Of a DNA stretch of 31,483 nt, positions 1-6,699 are shown piece by piece (position 1 is the stretch's first letter; every line of letters begins with the position of its first letter). The DNA is from Gammaproteobacteria bacterium (GTDB taxonomy: Bacteria; Pseudomonadota; Gammaproteobacteria; Chromatiales; Chromatiaceae), in the NCBI GenBank assembly GCA_020630035.1, contig JAHDCB010000001.1, positions 1-31,483 on the forward strand, in the 5' to 3' direction. Position numbers and translations under genes: made by a program. The notes under the pieces are model-generated. The model was not told where the DNA came from, did not search any database, and was given only the letters and a program-made list of their open reading frames with translations.

Positions 1-1754
1 TACAGACCGGATTGATCGCGTCCCATCCGGTGGGCCCAAACAGGTCTTTGGATTCTGCTCAGCGTATAGTCTGCAGAAGCAGTGTGTAATATCCAATTCT
101 CAGTCTTCTCGGCATTACCGAGGCGTAGAGTCTGAGGTGATATTGTGGGCGCAATCGGCTGTATGGGTAAGGTTGTATCGACACCGGTCAGATACAGATT
201 ACCGTCATGCTGTAGCTGTAGAATCGGATTACCGGGCTGCGGATCAGACTGTAGCCTGATGCCGTCAGTATCTTCCACCAACCAGCAGTCGTGCGGTTGA
301 TATGTCTGGTTGTGTACCAGCGGCCAGTAATCAGTGGATAGCCCTGGTGGCCAGCGTTCCGGGTGTGTGCGTAATTCGTCGCTGTGGGCGGTTAAATATG
401 CTTGTGCGTAGGCAGGTCTGGTTTGGGTTCTGAGTAACAGATGTTGCCGGTGTCCGGTCTGTGTTAGCCAGTTTTTGGTCTCTGTTGGTGCACTACCTTG
501 TTGCTGATGGGTGCATAGCTGGTGAAAAAAATGGTCACAGGCTTGGATGACTGTTGTTGGTAAGGGTACGCCGAGTTGGTGTAGTCGGTGGACTTCTTCG
601 TGACGTGGTTCAGTCAACCAGTAGGTGTGGTGTGTCAGGATAGCTTTGCCGATCTGGTGTTTGATGGTATTCGGCAGTTCAGCAAAACGTTCCTGATAAT
701 AAATTGCTTGGTCAGTGCGCAGGCAATAACCATCATAAGTGGCGCACACAGCGGCGTGTTGCCACACGTTAACTTCAGCAGCGGCAGATATATCAGGAAA
801 CAACTGACGGATGGTGCGCAGTAGGGCAGGTTCGACAAACAAGGCAGCACTGGTGATGGCGAGTAACTGTTCTGTTTGCGTGCTGATCTGCGTGGCAGAG
901 ACGGTGCTGGTAGGAGGTACTTCGGGTTGAATCGGATACAGACCCGGTGCAGGCCCGGCTATCTTCAGGCTATACACAGGAATCTGTTGTGCCTGCCAGA
1001 TACGGCTGAGAGTTGCCCAGTGAGTGGTATGCAGCTCATCCAGCACCAGTATCGCATCTCCTGGCTGAGGTGACTGGTGTGGCGACTTATTCTGGTGTGT
1101 GGTGTCGGAGCCACGCCGAAAGGTGGTTAACCGGATACGTTGTGCGCCCAGCTGTTGTCGCACCTGGCGCTGGATTTGTGCATAGTCAGCCTGCAACGGG
1201 GTCAGCTCGCGTCGGGTATTGCGCCAGACGTGCAGCATACGCGGCCAGCGTGGTCGAGCCTGATATGGTATTCGCCGCAGAGGTTGCCCGCGTGCAATCT
1301 GGCGTACGGCACGTCTCAGATGCAGTCGGCGGCCTGGCTGTAAACGCCGTATCTGACGCAGCAGTTGGTTGTGGATCTGCGCATCACGACATAAGGTAGG
1401 TGATGCTAATCGTTCGCCCTCCTGCCCGCGCTGTAATAACGCATCAATAGGTGCCCGGTCTTCTTTTGTTGATTCTGGGTCAGGGATGACAGGTGGATTG
1501 ATCTGTTTGTCGACGTAATGTGTGACACACACAGCAGACCAGCGTCGTATATCGGTATCAGGTGCTGTTGTGTCGTGGCTGGTCTCATCAACCAGATGAT
1601 CAAGGGCGGGTGTCGGTAAAGCGGGTGTTTCTGTTATCGGAGCTGTCTGCCGGCGGCAAAATCCCAATTGTGCAGCCAGATGATCCGGATTTGCTTCCGG
1701 CAAGGTGACATGAGCCCGAATCAGATCGCCATACCAGCGTAAATGAGATGACAT
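1..1754 (-). CDS. Large vWA-like component of a MoxR ternary system, probably fused to a C-terminal FGS/CLec domain beyond the window edge (C-terminally truncated by the window, at least 584 aa; absent from the ORF track)
   Basis: Manual translation from ATG at 1754 (22 bp after the MoxR stop) is open to the edge: MSSHLRWYGDLIRAHVTLPEANPDHLAAQLGFCRR...PGRRLHLRRAVRQIARGQPLRRIPYQARPRWPRMLHVWRNTRRELTPLQADY...PGDAILVLDEL...LLAITSAALFVEPALLRTIRQLFP...LSRIQRPVWAHRMGRDQSGL(Y). The last motif parallels the N-terminus of the DGR target (PPTWATDWGEDIYGLY). The vWA assignment is from remembered family motifs. Confidence 0.8.
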   Translation of the reverse strand, partial: MSSHLRWYGDLIRAHVTLPEANPDHLAAQLGFCRRQTAPITETPALPTPALDHLVDETSHDTTAPDTDIRRWSAVCVTHYVDKQINPPVIPDPESTKEDRAPIDALLQRGQEGERLASPTLCRDAQIHNQLLRQIRRLQPGRRLHLRRAVRQIARGQPLRRIPYQARPRWPRMLHVWRNTRRELTPLQADYAQIQRQVRQQLGAQRIRLTTFRRGSDTTHQNKSPHQSPQPGDAILVLDELHTTHWATLSRIWQAQQIPVYSLKIAGPAPGLYPIQPEVPPTSTVSATQISTQTEQLLAITSAALFVEPALLRTIRQLFPDISAAAEVNVWQHAAVCATYDGYCLRTDQAIYYQERFAELPNTIKHQIGKAILTHHTYWLTEPRHEEVHRLHQLGVPLPTTVIQACDHFFHQLCTHQQQGSAPTETKNWLTQTGHRQHLLLRTQTRPAYAQAYLTAHSDELRTHPERWPPGLSTDYWPLVHNQTYQPHDCWLVEDTDGIRLQSDPQPGNPILQLQHDGNLYLTGVDTTLPIQPIAPTISPQTLRLGNAEKTENWILHTASADYTLSRIQRPVWAHRMGRDQSGL

Positions 1755-1776
1755 AGCTCAGCCGCTCTGCGGATGG

Positions 1777-2736
1777 TTATCCATAGTGACTGCCAGTCTG
1801 GTGTTTGTCTAATACATATTGTTTGGCCTGATTAAATAATGCTCGCTGGGTCTTTGCATCCTGTGCCAGTGTGCTGAGTGCGCGTAATAAATCCAGATAT
1901 TCAGCCTGGCCCGGCAGCGGCAAGCCTTGGCTATGGGCATCGGCACGACTATGCCATAACTGGCTGGCGGCATCAGCGTACAGTGTTTCATCATGGATCG
2001 TGGTGGCAAAGTGTGCTCGACCACGCCGACTCAGCTGAGCGACAAAATCGGTTTCTTTGTCCGGCAGAGCAAGGGCCAGTACCCAGCAGCGGCGCACAAA
2101 GGCCGGCGGTAACTCGCGCTCTTCATTCGTGGTGATGATCACCAGTGGTGCAACCCCGGTCTGGCAGATGCGTTCCCGGCGATATGGCACCTGAAAACTG
2201 CCTTGTCCGAGAGTTTCCAGCAAGCCATTCGGTACGTCAGACTCCGCCTTGTCTATCTCGTCCAGTACGACCACCACGCCCGCCGGGGTGGTATCAGGGT
2301 GTGCTGGCCCGGTCGTGTTAAAGGCACAGGTCTGATGAGCCTGTGCGGCACTCGTCCAGTCAAGTGCCCACCATAATGGTCCCGGGCTCAGGTAACGAGC
2401 GGGTTGTAAGATTTGTGCCGCATCCGCAGTCGGGTTGTGTGCCAGTAATTGTGCTTCACCCAGCCGGGCGATGTCATCAAACGTATACAACAGATCGTGA
2501 CTTTCGGTGTGTGAATCGAGTGTTTTGTGGATCAGTTGCCAGCTCCAAGCCTTGGCCACGGCTGCTGCTAACTGAGTTTTACCAACACCGGGCTCACCAC
2601 GTACCAGCAAGGGACGGTTGGCGGCATAGGCGGCTCGTACGGCGAGTGCTGCCTCTGCTGTTAATTCATGCGGTAGTGGTTGTGCGTCATTGCCCAACTC
2701 AATCGTGTCGGTAGGTAATTCAGGTGGACGTGGCAT
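1777..2736 (-). CDS. MoxR-family AAA+ ATPase (ternary conflict-system type)
   Basis: Walker A GEPGVGKT, Walker B VVVVLDEIDK, LLYTFDDIARL, PGPLWWALDW and ITTNEERELPPAFVRRC. Its ATG overlaps the upstream stop (TGATG at 2734-2738). Confidence 0.9.
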   Translation of the reverse strand: MPRPPELPTDTIELGNDAQPLPHELTAEAALAVRAAYAANRPLLVRGEPGVGKTQLAAAVAKAWSWQLIHKTLDSHTESHDLLYTFDDIARLGEAQLLAHNPTADAAQILQPARYLSPGPLWWALDWTSAAQAHQTCAFNTTGPAHPDTTPAGVVVVLDEIDKAESDVPNGLLETLGQGSFQVPYRRERICQTGVAPLVIITTNEERELPPAFVRRCWVLALALPDKETDFVAQLSRRGRAHFATTIHDETLYADAASQLWHSRADAHSQGLPLPGQAEYLDLLRALSTLAQDAKTQRALFNQAKQYVLDKHQTGSHYG

Positions 2737-3926
2737 CAGTCACTCCGCTGCAGACGTTCAATTTGTTTGAGCATGCCATTCACATATTGTTGGCAGGCGC
2801 CATCTTCCATGAGTAATAAGCCGCTGATTGTACCGGTTCCCTGGTTGATCACGCTGAATATGAGCATTGCGGAAGACAGCCTTTTATCTATTTCACATAA
2901 TGCTGCAATCCAGGTTGGATCGGTAAAATAATTTTTTTCCACCTTAATGTAATAAGATAGTTTTTCTTCTGCTTTTTTGTCCTCCAGAATTTGTTGTATG
3001 GTTTGAATCGTATCTTCGATAGGCCCTATTTGTTGTGTGTTGTCTAATTCCTGATAGATTTGCAATAACAGACTTTTCATCGCCTGTTTTGTGCTATCGG
3101 TAATCCCGTAAGCGTGTGGTAGTGGGTAGACCGGTGTTTTGTTATCTTGTATATCTCTTTTTTCAACTTCAATCTCATTTTCGTATATTACGTTTTTGCT
3201 GACATCGATATGCGGGAAGGTCTTGGAAAGTCTACCATTGACAATGGGTAAAATAAAGTCATGGCCTATGTCGATCTCCAGGCCGGGTAATGTGGTATTC
3301 CCATCAGGTTTGCGTAAGCGGCTTTTTGCAGCGTCTGAATTAACAATCAATAATAATAAGGTACAAAATACATGCCACATCTGGTATCCCCAGTCGGCTT
3401 CAGGCCTTTTTCCTCGCTTAATCCAATCTTCGACGGTCTTGACGAACGCAGACTTAAACCGTAGCAGGCATGCCTGGATGTGATTTTTACTATCAGACGG
3501 CTTACGGACGATATTGTAAGCAATCTCTTTTGGCTCCGGCTTGCACCCCAGACGTTGTGAAAACTCATCCAATAACGTTTGTGTGACTTCAGCATAAGAT
3601 GGGTTTTTTATTGTGAGATAATCGACAATCCTGTTTTCAATCTCAATATAAAATTCGTTATCCAGTTTGATATCGTTTAAACCGGACAGGTCTTTGTCAT
3701 TTTTTATGGCTGCTGCAATGATTTTTTCTGGTTCGGACGTGCTGGAAACTTGTTCCTGAAGCACTTCAACTTTTACTTTAATAGTCTGTTGCTGTTTTGA
3801 ACCCCAGCTCTGGTACCATTGTTGCAGGTCTGCTTTTAACTCAGGGACAGGGTGTTGCAGTATTACCGTTTTCCGGCTGATTTCGAGAAAAGCAAGCAGT
3901 TGGTCAAAGAAGATACGCCAAGTCAT
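2736..3926 (-). CDS. Hypothetical 396-aa protein; positional third component of the MoxR-vWA module
   Basis: Long ORF with an AAGAGG RBS-like motif upstream, translationally coupled to MoxR. AT-rich: two sampled 60-mers are 28% and 33% GC versus 63% in a MoxR sample. No recognisable motif. Confidence 0.75.
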   Translation of the reverse strand: MTWRIFFDQLLAFLEISRKTVILQHPVPELKADLQQWYQSWGSKQQQTIKVKVEVLQEQVSSTSEPEKIIAAAIKNDKDLSGLNDIKLDNEFYIEIENRIVDYLTIKNPSYAEVTQTLLDEFSQRLGCKPEPKEIAYNIVRKPSDSKNHIQACLLRFKSAFVKTVEDWIKRGKRPEADWGYQMWHVFCTLLLLIVNSDAAKSRLRKPDGNTTLPGLEIDIGHDFILPIVNGRLSKTFPHIDVSKNVIYENEIEVEKRDIQDNKTPVYPLPHAYGITDSTKQAMKSLLLQIYQELDNTQQIGPIEDTIQTIQQILEDKKAEEKLSYYIKVEKNYFTDPTWIAALCEIDKRLSSAMLIFSVINQGTGTISGLLLMEDGACQQYVNGMLKQIERLQRSD

Positions 3927-4128
3927 ATCACGGCCTCTTATTCTGAAATATGATAAATACCCATTGGTATCAGGGCCACGCAGCTCATCAGCATTGTGGT
4001 TTTTTTACAGTAGTCGCCAGGCCAACAGGCTTTCAGCTTGATGCTTACTCACCGGCTGGCAGGCATTTACTTTTTGCCGACATCTTGTCGGGCAGGATAA
4101 CTGTCTGGTCAGATCAGGTTGATCTGAG

Positions 4129-4242
4129 CTGGGGCAATCCGGAAGCCCTGGTTGTTGTTCCGGTTGTCGGGCCTGTTCCTGTTGCGGTAGGCTGAACGCA
4201 ACCTCCTGGCATTGTTGATCCAGGAGCCACCGCGCACCACGC
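4129..4242 (-). ncRNA. DGR template repeat (TR)
   Basis: Begins 19 bp after the RT stop. In the target frame it reads VVRGGSWINNARRLRSAYRNRNRPDNRNNNQGFRIAP, with 8 AAC/AAT codons and 27 adenines. It aligns ungapped to 5893-6006 (offset 1764). Confidence 0.96.
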
Positions 4243-4261
4243 CCGGCGTGATTGCTGACAG

Positions 4262-5281
4262 TCACCCGATGCTATCAGACACGAAATCCGGGTATTTTTG
4301 CAAGTGGTTTTGTCGCCAGGCACGGCTGTCTGCATGTTGTGTCATGGCGTATACCGAATTTAACGCTTGTTGTAGCGCCAGGTCATCCAGTATGCCTTGC
4401 TGCCATTGTTGTTCGTAAGTGGTACGTAATGTGTGATAACGACGTTTTTTGCGGGGACTCAGGCGGATGGCACCTGGCAGAATGCGATAGCCACAATAGC
4501 TGACGCCCTGACGGCTGCGATTGATAACAGGGTTTGGTTTGATCAGCAATTGTCTGTGTTGGTGCAGATAGTCGGTGAGTTGTTTTAGTGTATCGCGTGC
4601 GGCTATTTTGTCATGGCACCACCAGATGATATCGTCCATGTAACGCACCTGGGCGCGTACAGCCGATTGCTCAATCAGATAGCGGTCGGCACCACTTAGG
4701 TAGAGATTGGCAAAATGTTGGGAGGTTAAGGAACCAATCGGTAATCCTTTGCCTGGTTGCGCCTGATAGCCGTGGATAATTCGGGTTAACAGGTACAAAA
4801 ATGGTTGGCCTTTGAAATGCCGCGCCAGCAATTTCAGTAGGCTGGCATGATCCACACTCGGAAAATAACCTGCGATATCTACCTTGACGTACCAGTCAAA
4901 CCGTTGCAGATTACGTTGTACTTGTGTGACTGCACGATGCACCCCCTTGCCAGGACGGCAGGCATAGCAACCGGGTAGCAGCAGACGCTCAAAGATAGAC
5001 TCTGTTTGGTTCAGAATAGCATGATGTAAGACCCGGTCTGCAAAACAGGGGGCATGAATCAGGCGTTTTTTCGGATCTCGAATGTAAAAGCTGCGATAGG
5101 CATTATGTGGTACCTGATCTTGCAAAATGGCAGTGCTGAGGTGCGCGAGTTGGTGATCCAGGTCAGCGAGAAAAGCAGCAACATCCGGTCTGTGTCGCTT
5201 GCTGCGTGCTGCCTTGTATGTTGCCTGTAGCAGGTTGGTGTAGCTGGCGATCTCAGTCAGTGAGATGGCGTGTCGGCGCAT
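4262..5281 (-). CDS. DGR reverse transcriptase (339 aa)
   Basis: IRDPKKRLIHAPCFADRVLHHA, YACRPGKG, VKVDIAGYFPSVDH, GLPIGSLTSQHFANLYL (DGR GxxxSQ signature) and RYMDD catalytic motif. Compact, with no maturase or endonuclease extension. Confidence 0.96.
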   Translation of the reverse strand: MRRHAISLTEIASYTNLLQATYKAARSKRHRPDVAAFLADLDHQLAHLSTAILQDQVPHNAYRSFYIRDPKKRLIHAPCFADRVLHHAILNQTESIFERLLLPGCYACRPGKGVHRAVTQVQRNLQRFDWYVKVDIAGYFPSVDHASLLKLLARHFKGQPFLYLLTRIIHGYQAQPGKGLPIGSLTSQHFANLYLSGADRYLIEQSAVRAQVRYMDDIIWWCHDKIAARDTLKQLTDYLHQHRQLLIKPNPVINRSRQGVSYCGYRILPGAIRLSPRKKRRYHTLRTTYEQQWQQGILDDLALQQALNSVYAMTQHADSRAWRQNHLQKYPDFVSDSIG

Positions 5282-5744
5282 GTTGAGTGCTTCCGGAGCT
5301 GGTTTGCTGCAAACAGTTTAAAAAGGCAACACCATATTTTTCTAAGCGGGCTGTACCGACACCCTCAATTTCGCCCAGTTGTGTCAGGTTGCGGACTCGT
5401 TGCGTGACCATAGTGGCCAGTTGTTCGTGGGTAAACAAGGCATAGGCTGGTACACCTTCCTGTTGCGCCAGGTTCTTGCGCAGACTTCTTAGTTCGGCAT
5501 AAGTTGTAAAGTCTTCCGGGCTTAACACTTCCCGGTAATCAATCCGGTCACGCCTGGATGAGCGTTGCTGTGGTGGGGTATCACTTGTGATATAGGTGAC
5601 ACAGATTGCCCAGAAGCTTTCCAGTCCTTGACTGACCAAATGTTTTTCTACGGTGACAACGCGATGCTGGTGACAGAATGTATTTAACAGTTTCTGGCCG
5701 TCATCTGGTGTTACCGCATCAACCTTGAAAAATGCAAATGGCAT
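5253..5744 (-). CDS. HRDC-domain DGR accessory protein (163 aa; start reassigned to ATG 5744)
   Basis: C-terminal HRDC pattern YAELRSLRKNLAQQEGVPAYALFTHEQLATMV...LTQLGEIEGVGTARLEKYGVAFL. The ORF-track extension to 5858 runs through non-coding hairpins. The 3' end overlaps the RT start by 29 bp. Confidence 0.85.
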   Translation of the reverse strand: MPFAFFKVDAVTPDDGQKLLNTFCHQHRVVTVEKHLVSQGLESFWAICVTYITSDTPPQQRSSRRDRIDYREVLSPEDFTTYAELRSLRKNLAQQEGVPAYALFTHEQLATMVTQRVRNLTQLGEIEGVGTARLEKYGVAFLNCLQQTSSGSTQHAPTRHLTD

Positions 5745-5775
5745 GGCAAAACCTGGCAAGACGCAAAAATTTTTT

Positions 5776-5880
5776 GAAGGCACCGCTATCACGGTGCCTT
5801 CTTGTTTGTTGTTGCTGACATGCGCGCGGCTCCGCCGCTGCTGGTCAGACAACAACAAATCTATCGCGGCTCCGCCGCTG
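5776..5880 (-). promoter_or_regulatory. Post-VR hairpin/cruciform cluster (candidate DGR target-recognition elements)
   Basis: Two copies of GCGGC-GGA-GCCGC on the minus strand (5866-5878 and 5826-5838) inside a 16-bp direct repeat (5865-5880 and 5825-5840). An imperfect inverted repeat 5805-5819/5844-5859 encloses the second copy. A perfect 10-bp inverted repeat lies at 5776-5785/5792-5801. Confidence 0.7.
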
Positions 5881-6691
5881 ACCTGACCTGACCTGGGGCA
5901 ATCCGGAAGCCCAGGCTGCCGAACCGGTCGTCGGGCCCGCCCCTGCTGCGGCAGGCCGAACGCAACCCCCCGGCAACGCCGATCCAGGAGCCACCGCGCA
6001 CCACGCGATACTCGCCCGTTGCAGGGCCTGTGGGATCCACAGACTGTGATACATCATATTCTGCGTACCAGTCGGCACACCATTCCCATACATTGCCGTG
6101 CATCTGATATAAACCCCACGGATTTGCAGGTAATGCCTTAACCGGTATAGTTTGTTCCCGGTACTCACCCTTTTGTCCATCGGTATACGGATAATTACCA
6201 TCATAATTGGCTTGATGCGTCGTGATTGTCTGACCAAATGAAAATGGTGTGGTAGTGCCGGCCCGACAGGCATATTCCCACTGTGCTTCAGTGGGTAGTC
6301 CGACAGCTAGCTCGGGTACCCGGGCATTCAGTTGTTGCAAAAAGATGTGTACATGGTCCCAACTAATTTGTTCGACCGGGTTTTGCAGGTCATGCTGAAA
6401 ATGGGCCGGGTTGTCACCGGTCACTGCCTGCCAGAGGGCTTGTGTGCACGCTGTGTCGGCCAGCCAGTAGCCTTGACTCAGGGTCACCAGATGTGGTGTT
6501 TCATCAGTATTGCGTTCGGGTTCATCTGGTGGTGATCCCATCATGAATCGGCCTGGTGGTATCCAGCGGCAGCGTTGGTGTGCTGTTCCAAGCATAAAGC
6601 CAGCATACAGGCCGTAGATATCCTCACCCCAGTCGGTTGCCCAGGTGGGTGGAAAGGGTTCTGGCCAGATAAATGTTCTGGTGTTGGTCAT
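5861..6691 (-). CDS. DGR target protein, FGE-sulfatase (FGS)/CLec-fold domain, 276 aa, no signal peptide
   Basis: WIPPGRFMMGSP, ETPHLVTL, LPTEAQWEYACRAGT, ANPWGLYQMHGNVWEWCADW and RVVRGGSW...GFRIAP. The VR encodes the last about 37 conserved-frame residues. Start reassigned to ATG 6691, 8 bp after the trkH stop; the ORF-track start at 6778 overlaps trkH. Confidence 0.93.
   Translation of the reverse strand: MTNTRTFIWPEPFPPTWATDWGEDIYGLYAGFMLGTAHQRCRWIPPGRFMMGSPPDEPERNTDETPHLVTLSQGYWLADTACTQALWQAVTGDNPAHFQHDLQNPVEQISWDHVHIFLQQLNARVPELAVGLPTEAQWEYACRAGTTTPFSFGQTITTHQANYDGNYPYTDGQKGEYREQTIPVKALPANPWGLYQMHGNVWEWCADWYAEYDVSQSVDPTGPATGEYRVVRGGSWIGVAGGLRSACRSRGGPDDRFGSLGFRIAPGQVRSAAEPR
5893..6006 (-). 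repeat. DGR variable repeat (VR)
   Basis: Matches the TR at 95 of 114 positions. All 19 differences are at TR adenines (15 A>G, 4 A>T), giving 13 amino-acid changes: VVRGGSWIGVAGGLRSACRSRGGPDDRFGSLGFRIAP. Confidence 0.96.
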
Positions 6692-6699
6692 CGTCTGTG

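Larger units (their letters stand above)
3927..6691 (-). mobile_element. Diversity-generating retroelement: target(VR)-hairpins-hrdc-RT-TR-spacer
   Basis: DGR-type RT, a 114-bp TR/VR pair with adenine-only mismatches, a VR at the 3' end of an FGS/CLec gene, an HRDC accessory gene and post-VR hairpins. No integrase or transposase nearby. Confidence 0.97.

Noticed and set aside
588-1603. Short ORFs listed in 588-1603 as the genes of this region
   Set aside because: All are shadows or alternate frames of the single open minus-strand frame 1754 to 1.
1758-1784. Mini-ORF MDNHPQSG overlapping the MoxR stop as evidence of a frameshifted vWA start
   Set aside because: ATG 1754 gives a plausible N-terminus directly; nothing in the 8 codons suggests a lost coding segment.
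4105-4113. 9-bp match CTGGTCAGA shared with 5841-5849 as extended TR/VR homology
   Set aside because: It is off-register by 28 bp and too short to distinguish from chance, though it could be revisited with homologues.
4262-5281. RT as a group II intron, retron, CRISPR-associated or Abi RT
   Set aside because: It has the GxxxSQ motif, compact size, an adjacent adenine-specific TR/VR pair, no maturase or endonuclease domain and no cas genes.
5745-5858. N-terminal extension of the HRDC ORF (also the extended starts at 6778, 10325, 23746, 26455 and 28489)
   Set aside because: They run through hairpins or overlap neighbouring genes; family-like sequence starts at the downstream ATG in each case.
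5861-6691. Target as a true formylglycine-generating enzyme
   Set aside because: The catalytic Cys pair that follows GGS in real FGE is absent (RGGSWIGVAGGL), that segment is the hypervariable VR, and there is no sulfatase in the window.
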